Counted from the whole stretch's first letter, positions 1 through 11,602 are shown. The stretch is 63,846 bases of DNA, filler included, from Polymyxa betae A26-41 (GCA_003693705.1; 6 parts of 6 records of this genome joined end to end with filler, not necessarily neighbours in it); one strand, 5' to 3'. Made by a program: numbers and translations. Notes: generated by a model from the letters alone, not told the origin.

Positions 1-238
1 CGTCGTTTCTCGATCGCCGCTTTGGCCCTTCTAGGCTCTATGTTGGAAATAAACTTGGCTTGTCCTACGGCTTTTGTGTTCTCTAAGTCGGAACTTGACG
101 ACTTCTTCTCAACTGCGGCTCACGTTTGGCACTTCTCAGTGTGAATCCAGCTCCTGCTCCCTGGCAGGGTTGTACCTCTCTCCCGAATGTTCGCTTGTCT
201 TTGCAGCGAAACTCCACGCAGCTATATATAGAGGCAAG

Positions 239-252
239 TGGGACTCTTAATC
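239..252 (-). promoter_or_regulatory. Primer-binding site GATTAAGAGTCCCA, complementary to the tRNA-Lys(CTT) anticodon arm
   Basis: Plus strand reads TGGGA-CT-CTT-AA-TC, the anticodon stem-loop of tRNA-Lys(CTT), directly next to the LTR terminus. Confidence 0.7.
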
Positions 253-404
253 TGTTAGACGGGAGAGGGTTTTGAACTGGAATGTGTTTGAAGAAGTGTT
301 GTATTTGATAGCATGCAAGCGGAAGGCAATGCTTCCGGTTGAATTAGCGTGAGTCAACGCTATTGATATCTCGAGATTGATCTAATAGCGCTCATATGCT
401 AACA
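253..404 (-). mobile_element. 5' LTR (152 bp) of an LTR retrotransposon whose internal region runs off the left window edge
   Basis: TGTTAG...CTAACA inverted termini, abutted at 239-252 by the same PBS as the Copia element at 47665-47678. Confidence 0.75.
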
Positions 405-415
405 GTCAAAAACTG

Positions 416-486
416 GCACCGATGGTTCAATGGTAGAATAGCCGCCTTCCAAGAAGTTGACCCGAGTTCGATTCTCGGTCCGTGCA
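416..486 (+). tRNA. tRNA-Gly(TCC), probably degenerate
   Basis: GCACCGA acceptor, A box TGGTTCAATGG, anticodon loop CT-TCC-AA, T arm CCGAG-TTCGATT-CTCGG, downstream T-run. One acceptor and two anticodon-stem mismatches. Confidence 0.8.
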
Positions 487-1327
487 CGCTTTTTTGTCAT
501 CTTTCGTTTCAGAATCTGTTATTGCAGCAAAATATCCGCAAATCCTAATAATTTCATCTTTTTCCAATCGTCTGTGTCAAATCAGAATTAACATTTCTCT
601 TAGGAATCAAAATTTGAATGCATAAAATGTGCTCACAATTGCTTTGCTTCATCGAATTTTTCCCGAACAATATTCCTTAAAATTTATCTTGTTGCTTTAG
701 TATTCTCTGAGCATTGGTACTGTATTCAAGCTTGAATAAGGCCAAATCTGTGTTTAAACTGTCGCAAATCGTGGCAAAGGTGCTTCTCGAGCTCTGATCT
801 AAGACGGACCTCAACTCGTTTTATCTGGATCGGTTTCTTCCCTTTGCGGTTCTGTGCAGATTTGAGAGTCCTAGATGATGGAATTAGAGGTTTTCATTTC
901 CACCTATATGACAGCAAATGGAGAAATATTAGCTCGCAGATGTCGTTCATTTTCCAACTATCAGAATGGCAATTACTTAAGGTATGGTGATTCCATATGT
1001 GTTTTAGAATGCCTAAAAACCGAATGACGAACGATCAATAAACTCGATATGAGCCTATCGCATATAAAATCATACAATCATCATCGTAAATGTTGACACT
1101 TTTTGATTCCGCAGTTAGAATTTGAATACATAGTGATATTGCAGATGTTTTTTTGAAATTTCATCAAGTTGTTCATATGCGTGAGGGGACTCCAGATAAG
1201 TGCTGGGCGTTAAGTGTCTTAAAAGTGGGCTGTCACCCGGCACATTCAATATGCCGGCCTCGAGGTCCGCAGCCATCATCGCCTCACCTCATCAATCGGC
1301 CACGTTTCGGGCGCCGGTGGTGAATGC

Positions 1328-2089
1328 ATGACCGTCGTCCGGGTCATGCTGGCCGTCATCACCATCTGGGCGGTCATCCGCCACGTGATTTTCGGCAACC
1401 AATCGGCGGCTCTTCCCGGCGCCGATGATGCGGCTGCCGACGACGACGACGCGCTGCATTCCGCTCTGCCGGGGGTACAGGCCCCGGCCGATTCGATCAC
1501 GGGGCGATCCCGGAGCGTGCTATCGCCGTGGTCTCGGTTCGAACGCAACCAGATGCGCCGACACTTGACACAGCGCGCCCTGGTCCGTCACCAGGCCCCG
1601 ATTCGGGGCCTGTACGACGCCGTGATTCAGGGCGGTGCCGCACTGGCCCGCCTTCTGGATGTGATCCGACAGCATCACGATCTGGAGCACCGCCCGAGTG
1701 ACGAATGGATCGGGATCGTGGCGGATGCGGCCGTCAGGTTCTGGTACGACGCTGACAACGACGAGCCAGTACGACCTGGGGGATCGCTGGACTTGAACGT
1801 GAGCGCCGAGTATAATGGCGAACGGATCGTCGAGCAGGTCCGGGAAGGATCGAGGAGGCTGGCGGCGGCGATCGATGCGCTGTTCACGCTGGTGACGAAA
1901 TCCGGCCTGCAACTGGATCCGGAGTGCGGTTCGGAGTTGTGCAGGACCCAGATCCGTATTGATATGGTCGAATGTCGGCTTCATGAGCATCCCATCATCA
2001 GCGATGTCATGGCCGTACAGATCTTCGACCAAATCGGCGTTGACACGGCTCTGCTGAATTCGTTTCCTGTCTTGCAGATTAGACCTTGA
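1328..2089 (+). CDS. Hypothetical secreted or signal-anchored protein (253 aa), effector candidate
   Basis: Intronless GC-rich ORF with N-terminal hydrophobic segment VMLAVITIWAVI followed by an acidic linker. Confidence 0.65.
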   Translation: MTVVRVMLAVITIWAVIRHVIFGNQSAALPGADDAAADDDDALHSALPGVQAPADSITGRSRSVLSPWSRFERNQMRRHLTQRALVRHQAPIRGLYDAVIQGGAALARLLDVIRQHHDLEHRPSDEWIGIVADAAVRFWYDADNDEPVRPGGSLDLNVSAEYNGERIVEQVREGSRRLAAAIDALFTLVTKSGLQLDPECGSELCRTQIRIDMVECRLHEHPIISDVMAVQIFDQIGVDTALLNSFPVLQIRP

Positions 2090-2634
2090 TATGTAACATT
2101 ACCAATCTGTAAACTGTAAATCTGTCACTGTTTTTCTACGTCCACGTACGCGACTTCCCACTCTTTTAAAGCTCTTTCTGAACCCTTTTGACTTGCAGCT
2201 ACATAACAATTGATGGGTTCTGTAATTTCGCGAGTTTCTGACATCTTTAGAAATAGCTGTAGTCGACCTCGATTTTACACTGCAATCTTCACCGATGCAG
2301 AGCAAGGCTTTTTTTGGCACCATCGGAACAATATGCCTCAGACAATCAGTCGATATCCTTCTGGACGAGATTTGTGTTCGTTTCAGGTGGAGAGTCTCGA
2401 TTCAATACCAGCCGCTGCGAGCCTGCTGCCATGTTGAAGCTGTCTAACATCGACTTTTGTCTGAGCGAGACTATGGCCCAAATGCAATAATAATCAAAGC
2501 AATGGATTCTATTCTGCTTCGCGTTTATAAGCATGATCCAGAGACCATCACCAAAAGCAGCTGACTTCTCACCTGTTTTTTTGCATATGATGTAAATTAA
2601 TCCAGGATTATGTACACAGCATAGAGTGGGAATA

Positions 2635-4647
2635 TCAGAGAGACTTGGATTTATTTGACCAAGCAATCAGAGCATTCACGATATATGCTATAGCGGCAAT
2701 TCCAATGACGATCACGACTAGTCGAAGAGCGGTTTTGGGCATCGACTGCGAGAATTATGTCAGATTCATAAAGATTATGAAAAGCATTTTGAATAATGGA
2801 AAAATTGGCAGAATTCTTCACGGTCTTTGAAAAGTGCCTATTCAAGAAAAAAAGATTCGTCTCAGACCCAGTTTGTGGGATGAATTTTCGGCAACGGGAT
2901 CACAGCCGGGATGTCTTCAGCCCAGCCTTTCTCTATGAACGAAACAATGTTCTCCAGTTCTTTGTTATAATGGAACATCTGACCGTCACGAAACCTGTCG
3001 ACGGGGAAACTATGAGTTCAGGAAGAATTTGGTAATGTTAACCGAAAAAGCTTTCCAACGAGCGATGAGTGAATTACAATCAATTGGGGAGCTTACAGAA
3101 GAAATGATGGGACCTTTTTTATATGGTACTGCTGTAGGAAATCTATAATAAGCACTAAGTGTATCAGTAGAATGACTGGATTGTTCTGCTACCTTCTGTG
3201 GTTTCGATTTCACCAAAACGAATATCGCTTCCAAACGTTGCCTTGACTTCTGCGATAGTCTCGAGCCATTTCGGAACAATGCTTTGACAATCTAAGTTGA
3301 AGGTCGAGCACCTGCGAGAATGATGAGAAAGCAACATTATCAAAAATCTGACAGTATACACTTTAACAAGCCAAGTGCCTTGCTTTACCGTCTGTGTGAA
3401 CGTATGCAGGGACAGACGGACCGGGAGAGCAACTTTCGCGAATTCTATTTCTTCTGAAGACCACAACCAGCGTCAAGCAAGCTACAGGTTAAATCGAAAA
3501 ATGGCCAAAAATGCGAACTTATCAAAATCATTTTATCTCTAAAAAGCAAAAATTTCAAATCAGAAGCAGCATATATAAGCTGAAATAGAGAGTTTCGAAT
3601 ACTCTCATAAACGCTATTACCTGGTCTGACAACTTCTGGGTCCTGAGAGAGATATTCAGAACGAAGGTTAAAAAGGAGTGATAATTTCGCACCATGGGTT
3701 TGTCCTTTTTCAGGATTTCCTTTTCAGCCGGAGTATGCAATTCCAAAATCGGGCTGTCATCAGAAATCTTTAGCATCACAGAGTTTGATAGCCAGGAACT
3801 CCGGCGGTTATCTCGAAAGTAGGCAAGCAAGCTAGCGGCAGTTCGCTGCCCCGTGTACGCCCAAACTTTACGATCATGATACCTGGAAGGAGAAGTCAAG
3901 GAATTGCGATGGAATTGAGCCCAATTAATGGAAAGCAAAAAAGTTATCAATCTGACGAATCAAACCATGAAAGCTGGTTTCAGAGATCCCAAAACACAGA
4001 ACAGGAAAAAATAAAAATGTTCGAAAATAAGTGACTAACATTAGAATCGTTGGATACCCCCGGATGCCAAACTCGTTTTCAAGCCCTATGTATTGCAAGC
4101 TTAGTAGAAGGCAATCCAACAGTCAATTGAAGCCGACGTTTCTGCTCGACGCAGTTCACTTCGCCGACGTTGATTCCCAATTTTGGGTCAATCTCCTTAG
4201 CGAATGTCACCCATTCCGGTTCTAATCGCATACAATGACCACACCAAGGCGCGTAGCTGTCAAATCAATCAACGTATTCGTAAAAATCTTAATAAACTTA
4301 AAAATAAAAGAGATATGAATCAATCAATTGGAAAATTTTAAATAGAACAGCACAAGTTACATCGAAACATCCCAAAAACCGAAGCAGATTTAAAAATAAG
4401 GTAGAACTTTTCTTCATTGCAGCTTACAACTTAATGACCCAGAAATCATTTCCGGTGATGACCCCAAATGATTTATCGGTCAGTTTAACAGACGACTTCG
4501 ACCGAGCCACGCGAAACTGCTCTTGTGGCGACAAAGCTGTTCCGGCCTTTTATCAGCGACCCAAAAACAGGAGGTCACAATCAAACCTGCATTGTCGGCA
4601 GCAACTGCCACGGCCAGGACAGCCACGACCAGCGTCACCCTGAACAT
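2635..4647 (-). CDS. ER membrane thioredoxin/PDI-family protein (TMX-like), multi-exon
   Basis: Spliced model: signal peptide [17 protein letters not shown]; [14 protein letters not shown]; IRGYPTI; second Trx-like domain [14 protein letters not shown]; C-terminal [23 protein letters not shown]; KSKSL* KxKxx ER-retrieval signal. Confidence 0.85.
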
Positions 4648-5404
4648 CGCCAACGAAATCAGCCACAACAAAGACACTGAAGAAGGGCTGTATCTAGAAA
4701 GGAGGCCACGCAAAGAGAAAAGAGGTCCCGCCGCACCAGTGATCCTTCGTCGTCTCTTCGCTCATCTAAACCCTTCTCAGTGTGGAAGATTCGATTCCAC
4801 TTGTCGCGAAAACAGCAACAACCGAGAGTCTGCGATAGATTAGGTGACATAGAAATCAAATTTGGACTTGTGTTCTTAGAACTGAAGATGTTTCCATAAC
4901 ACCTAAACGTAGGGCTCCGATCGAGCTCGTGAAAAATTCGAGCTTGCATTCGACGAATCTAGCCTCGAGCCGACCCTGTGATTATGTGTGCTGTTCCTGT
5001 ACAAAAACAAACTACCTGTTGCTGTAAGAACTACCCGATGTTCTATTGTCAAAGTTTGTGCTGATTTGGGTTTCAAGTTTCCATCGAACTGTAGCAATCT
5101 AAAATCGGATCTTTCTGCACTACGAGCTCATAAGCAACTATCATAATCCCCAATATAAATCAGCCATTATGCCAGATACTTTAGACATCTGAAAACCCTA
5201 ACACTAACCCAGATACACCTCATTATCAGCAAAATCCCATTTTGTATAGGCTGGAAAGCTCGGATGCAATTCGACAAGCTCAAACGTAGACTTTCCGCAA
5301 TGGGAATGGATAATTGAAAGAGAGACTACAGCACAAAGGCAAGGGTTTAGGGTTTGAAGCCAATCATAAACAAAACTTTTTATAAATGAAACGTACTACA
5401 CTCG

Positions 5405-5839
5405 TTAGTTCGAGGATTCAGAGGAGACCGACATCGGAGACGACGACGTCGAATCAGAATCTGTCCAGCTGAAGTCGGGTTCCACAGCCAGCTGAGCGAG
5501 CTCGGCAGTGATGGAGCGCGGGCTGCCCAAGCGCGAAGGCGACGAGCATCGCGAGGTTCGCGACGGCAATCTGGACGGCATCTTCGTCTTGGTCAGGATC
5601 GGCTGAAGCTTGACGTCGGCGGAGAGCTGGTTGTCAGGGGAGCCGAGCAGGGTCAGGCGTCGGAGCAGATCAGAATTGGAGCGGGAAAGATTCCGGATTT
5701 TGACGTACTTGAGAGCGGCGCCTTCGGACGAAACATCGGCGTCCACTGTCATCGAGGCGATGCTGTCGACAGCCTGCAGGCCAGGGAGAGCGACGGCGGC
5801 GACGACGAGGACCAGGACGATGGTGCGGACGAGCGACAT
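5405..5839 (-). CDS. Small secreted Ser-rich protein, effector candidate
   Basis: ATG at 5839, signal peptide MSLVRTIVLVLVVAAVALPGLQA, intronless, GC-rich. Confidence 0.7.
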   Translation of the reverse strand: MSLVRTIVLVLVVAAVALPGLQAVDSIASMTVDADVSSEGAALKYVKIRNLSRSNSDLLRRLTLLGSPDNQLSADVKLQPILTKTKMPSRLPSRTSRCSSPSRLGSPRSITAELAQLAVEPDFSWTDSDSTSSSPMSVSSESSN

Positions 5840-6369
5840 AATGGAGATGGGCAGAGCCAAGACGACGATGATGCCGACGGGAGCGAGAAGGTCGGGCGAC
5901 TGAATGTCCTGAGGCCTGACCGCGTCGACAATGCGTGGCCCGGATTGCCGTGGAGGCTGCGCTCGTGCGGCTCGGCTCGCATTCGGTTCTCATCAGTGGG
6001 GTGCGGCCTCCCTCGAACGATGTCAGGGTCGAGGCCGAGCACCATCTGGGCTCCCCCATCGATTATGATGGAATTTCTTTGTTAGTATGGAGTCTTTCGG
6101 GTGATTTTTTCTGATCAAAGGATGAGTCCTCTCTGCCATCCAACTCTAGTCTTGATTGGACAACATTCGACATAGTATCGGTTTTCAGCGCTGTTTTGAT
6201 ATCGGATCTGCTCTGTGTTTCGGCAGGCCCAGGTACCATTGCAATCTGATATTAGGTTGGACCTTTTGTCGCTCCAATGAATAATATCGTCGTCGAATTT
6301 ATTTAGACTTCTATCGTTTCATTCAGCGAATCCTGAACCGGATTAAAGCATTGGCTTTAAGAAGAATGT

Positions 6370-7095
6370 ATCAATAAACAGACAAAGCTTTATACAGCGC
6401 AGCAACCCCCTTTATATATCTGTAAAAATGGCCGGCTGTAAGAGGAAACTGCGATTGCTGCTGAGTCTGATCTCTATGTATATTGACCTTACGCTTCGGC
6501 TGCATTCTACACGAATGATTTTGCTCTTTCATTCGGGATGAATTGAATCAACAGCCTATTGGTATTAGGAGGATCTCTTCAGTTTGTACATAAACAGATA
6601 TGATTCTGAAAAATGACATCTAAACAGATGAAGGTATGATGAAGGTATAGGGTTTGGTGAGTGCAATACAATTCTTTAGCAGAACAGCAAAGGCAAGATA
6701 GATTTTGATTGGACAGCAAAGACAAAGCTGAAAATCAGCGATTACGATTCTGCCTCTCGATCTTGTTGGAGAAAACCAAAGAGTCTGTTTCGAATTATCT
6801 TCAGTAGCTCCAAGGTTCCGGCTCCGCAGCTAGCTCAGGCGTCTATTGTTGACGTTGAGATGAGACGGGGGCCGCGTCGCATCTTCAGAGCGACCTCAAT
6901 GCTGTCCAGTCGCCCCATGGCGCACTCGCGTTCCTGCTCATCTTTACTGCCGACCGGGCGTATTGGCCCAGGTGAACTCGATATAATACAGACTCGCCCT
7001 TTTTTCATTCCAAAAGCGTTCACATCGTTTATCAAAAAACGTACTGCCTCCGTCTCTGCACCAGTTTTACATATGTACATGGTCGATGAGAGCAT
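6370..7095 (-). pseudogene. Possible degraded Pif1/Helitron helicase fragment
   Basis: Broken fragments GRLDSIEVALKM, IVLHSPNP and KVNIHR..QFPLTAG occur in the order seen in Helitron Pif1 C-terminal motifs. Weak. Confidence 0.25.
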
Positions 7096-7195
7096 TATAA
7101 CCGCCAGTTTTGGACGGTACGGAAATCGTGGATCTCCTGCTGCCTGGTATTCTATCTCGGATCACAACATTACCAGCGAATTTGAAATCGAAATT

Positions 7196-7964
7196 CAGTC
7201 CTCCCTCTCTATAACGACACAGGCTGGGTTTTCTTTATATTCACAATGTGTCGATATAAAAGTATGAGGGGTTCCTAACGGGTTTTGGACCATTTGTAAT
7301 TATTAACTCGCAGCAGTTTATTGGAATCGTTTTTTAAGGTTGATATCTCGATTAGATACAAAGTATAACTTTACAAACTTCAAGAAGTTCATCTGGCTGT
7401 TCTTGGTGAATATCACGAAAAGTGCCTAGCACATTTAAATGCGCTTCGATTTAAGTTTAACGTCAGTTTGCTCACTTGATTTTCGTACTTCCGAAGTCTC
7501 TTACAATGCCAGAAAGTCGAGCGGCAGACTTGATAACCCAATCTTTCAGAAACCTATTATACGACTCTAGTTTTTTCTCTGTAATGTTATCATGGTATAA
7601 TCGGCAAATCAGCTGTCTCTCGGCTATCCAGAACGACTCTCTCTTTCTCGAAAGGAGAATGGACCACGTGATAAAGGGGTCTGAGCGCCAGAGGCAATAC
7701 TAACCCTAGGCAATGGTGGAAAATCAAGTTTGTAATGATAAGGATCGAGATGAGATTCAAAAGAGCCCCATAAGAATCTCATCAGACAGATATGGGCTGC
7801 GCCGCCATCTGACAGGCATGGGCCGCCCAACAGACATGGGCCGCGCCGCCATGTCGTTGATGTCGTTGTAGAGAATCCATAGAACAATATCAGTTCAATG
7901 TAACATTATCTGGCTTCTATGAAGATGTCGTTATAAGGAGTATCGTTATAGAGAGGGAGGACTG
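7196..7964. mobile_element. Non-autonomous pogo/Tc1-mariner-type MITE (769 bp)
   Basis: 22-bp inverted repeats CAGTCCTCCCTCTCTATAACGA / TCGTTATAGAGAGGGAGGACTG, TA on the right flank (TT on the left), subterminal TCGTTATA repeat. Confidence 0.75.
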
Positions 7965-8452
7965 TAGAGCGCCCTGTCTATTACAACGCACTGGACCAGT
8001 TTTCTGAGCTAGGGTTTGCTTTCGTGTCATTTATTATCTATGATGTGAGGAATGACTCAGTACGCAGCACTCTATCCAGGGTTCCGATTCAAGGATATTG
8101 TAAAACGAGACAGCCCGATCTTGGGAGTTGACACAATAATCAAGTTTGAATCATGATGCCAGGAAACCTGAGTCAGGTCGTCCTTTGAGTTTTGATCATT
8201 GGTAGCAACGAAAGGGGGCCATTCTTAGGCCAATTGTCAATGAAAGTGCGCCCCAAGGAGATTAGGCCGGTTTTAGGCCGTATGCCAATTTTAGACCTCT
8301 CCCAGTCCCAGAGATCCCCAGTCTGGCATCCGCCTTAGAAGGTCGAATGAAGGGTCAAGTCGCGCACTATTTTCGGCAACAGTGTCCCGAAATCTGTCTC
8401 GATGACCCGAAGGCCGAATCAAATCTCAAATCTCCCACCGCCTGCCACATCC

Positions 8453-10059
8453 ATGAACGTCCAAGTCCTGATTTTGCTGGCGGCGACCGTACTGGTCCTG
8501 GGAGCGGCCTCCTCCGATTGTACGGGGTTTGAACAGGTCGTGGGGGCGGCCTCTTCTCACGATTCGACGTTCAATTTAGAAGACCTTCATCCTGATCTTC
8601 AGCTTAAGATCGTGCAGCGAGTCCGATCGGCCACGGACTTGGGCCATCTCGTTCTTGAATGCCGACGCTTCATGCCGTCGGGCTGCGAGGGCGTCGTACA
8701 GGCCCTGTTCGAATCGCCGACGACCCCAACCTCCCAGATCCCCAAACTGATCCGGATTCTGGTCGTACTGGCCCGACGCAAACCCGAATCCCGGGAGCTC
8801 GTCCGTAATGTTCGTCCGCAGCTGGTGATGGGCCTGTACCATCAGATCATGTGGAATAGCGATTGGAATACGGAGAGGAAATCGGAACTGTTACGGAGTT
8901 TGATCTCCGAATTGGGCCTCTCTGTACTGAACAATGAGACATCGCTGTATCAGGACTCGAACGCGCGTCGTCGTGAGTTTCTGCAACTTCCGGATTTGAT
9001 TGAATCATTCCGAGGCAGTCGATCCCCGAGGATATTGAGAATAGTTTGATGACCTGGGCTGAGGATAATCTGCGTCAGCTGGAGTATCGCTGCCTATGTG
9101 AGAATCCTCATTCTAACCTCACTGATGACCATATCGGAGCTCTTTGCGCCCTTCGTCAGAGCTACCCGCCTCCTTATTCCTACGTCTATGCGGACTTTAA
9201 CGGGGCAATTTGTCACCTTCTATACAATGACGATATCCCCAGACATTCACATCCGCTATGCGATCCGCAGGTCCTATTGGCTCTCCGCCAGTACGGACTC
9301 GTGTTTGGCTTGCGTTTCTTCATGTCCAATGTGTAAGTCTCGCCCGAGTCCATGGCGGATATCGTCCCTCTGTTGCAGATCAGTTCGCCTTCTGAGGTCC
9401 TGTTAACAGCGCCTTTTCTGGTTCAGGGCGGTGATATTGGATGTAAGAAAGCCCTGGCTCTGTTATCGATTCCGTTCGTGCAGCGTGGCATTGTTGATTC
9501 CTTCACTTATGTCGGGCGGCAAGTCACCGACCTGATATTGATCGCACCTGAAGAGTTCTTGGATGATCTGATCCAGCTTCCCTTCATGTCCGTGGTTGTC
9601 AATTGCGACCAGATCGTGAATTTTTTCTCGGGCGATCAATCAACGATGTTGGATTGTGCTGTTGCCAGCCATAATTTCGATATGGCTCGGGCTCTGTTGC
9701 AAATTCCCACGATCTCTCTATACGTGGAATCAGATCGCAGTCACGTCATCAAGCGTGTTTTTGAGGGTCTTTTATGCCGTCGATCCGATGCGGATGTTGT
9801 TGAATTTCTGGAAAGTCCGGAATTTGTTACTCTGATACTCCGCGACATTCCATCCCTTATTACAATTCTGACATCATTCTTGAAAAGTCAATATGTAGAG
9901 CAGTTCCGTGCTCTCATACAATATTCGTTCTATATCAATATCCCGCTTGAACACAAAATGGAACTCGTTGAAGTCGCCAGATATCATAATAACCTTATTT
10001 ATGAGATATTACGGATAACCACATCTGTTACATTGTCCGAATACACTCAAACATTATGA
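8453..10059 (+). pseudogene. Secreted protein with F-box-like motif, interrupted by a frameshift (~9010) and an in-frame TAA (9334)
   Basis: Signal peptide MNVQVLILLAATVLVLGAASS, then LEDLHPDLQLKIVQRV. Three consecutive ORFs: 8402-9049, 9046-9336, 9352-10059. Confidence 0.55.
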
Positions 10060-11022
10060 CGTTTCTTTGTGTTTACATCAAGTTCAGCTTTTTGATTCAT
10101 AGATCAATAGTAATATTTAACACTATCAATTTGCAGCACGGGTTTGGCAATGAATAAATTGGAACATTGTTTAATGAGATTCTTAAAACCGCAATGATCG
10201 CGTGATTGAGAATTGTTCCCTGGACATTTGTTATTCTTCCAAACGCTGTGAGAACAATTTCTGAAAGCAACGAATAAACCCATCCTCGTCACTATGACAG
10301 TGCTTCCGTGAAATGTCAAAAGTGGATCAGCCACAGAGTAATGAAGATGTTCTAAACGAGGCTGAGTATTCGGCAACCGTATGACCAACCGACTGCTGAG
10401 CTACTGTATATGAAGAATATTTTTTCAGCTTTGTCCTTCTATCGGACTGCTTACAGAGATCGCGGTCACATACATCGAAGTCACCATCGATGCGTCGTTG
10501 TTTTGGAGCTGCTAGTGGATTATTACCAGCCAATGCTGTTTGATCGGCCTTGCTCGCGTGGATTCTTTCCAAGCTCACGGTCATCGTCGCTTTCGGCCTG
10601 GGAGACCACCTTTCTTGATACTAATCTTCGCTGATCATATTTCCACATCATGCACATAACAGGAGTCTGATTGATGTTTTCTTATTCCCATGGTGACCTA
10701 ACGCCACCTATGAAAATGGGATTACGAACCCCTATTTGACTACTCAGCAATATGCCGGTGAGGTTCTGTCCTAATAGATGATGTTCGGGCATTATAGCAG
10801 AGCACGGAATGATATAGAAGCTCATATGAGAGGATCTACACCTGCAATTCGACTAGTGGAGATCGAAATTTTTCCGGGATCTGCAAAGGAATCGACATTC
10901 TACCAGAGACATAAGGTGTATACCAATAAGCATTTGATTGATCTGAGTCTAACACTTAGAGTCCACATGATGACATGCTCATCAGAATCGTCCATGTTAC
11001 CTTGTTATAGCTCATTGATGTA

Positions 11023-11256
11023 ATGTTACCTTTTATGTCTGAATGTATCGCTCTGTGTCTCGCCTCACTTGCGATCAATGTTTGCCTATTGGGACTGACA
11101 ACAGCAGAGAGTAACGAAACCACTCCGTGTTGCTCGTCATATCAGCAGCCAAACAGAATTCAGAATGAGTCCGTAATTACAGGCAGCTGGCGATATCAAA
11201 CACCAGAGGTCACCTACAACCTGTTCCTGTTCTTCGGAAACCATCCGCTTTGGTAG
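11023..11256 (+). pseudogene. Signal-peptide-encoding fragment, paralog of the 14378 gene start
   Basis: MLPFMSECIALCLASLAINVCLLGLTTAESNE; about 100 bp closely similar to 14372-14476. Confidence 0.5.
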
Positions 11257-11602
11257 TAAATTCTGCTCGTGATTTCGTGAAAGTGATTTGGATGCGAAGG
11301 TGCGTCTGAGTGAATAACATCATCATTGGAGTGCTTCATAGTCAGATCTCAGCAGTAGTTCTGCAGCCTGGCTGTGTTGAGACTCTGAGACCAGATCTCC
11401 TGCTATTCTATCTCGGATCACCACATTACCAGCGAGTTTGAAATCGAAATTCAAATTTGAGCATCCGTAGTGTATTTGTATAAAAGCTCGTTTCGGGTTT
11501 TCTTTCGTCCTCAAGATTCTCAAAAGCTTTATGATATTTTAATGTAGGTCGTTTATACTGAGTTGGTACTTACCGTATTGAGTTCGTGATATATGCTTCA
11601 TA

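Noticed and set aside
4880-4910. Hammerhead-like CTGAAGA-TGTT..AACA-CCTAAAC
   Set aside because: The GAAA core is absent and no stems I or III were found.
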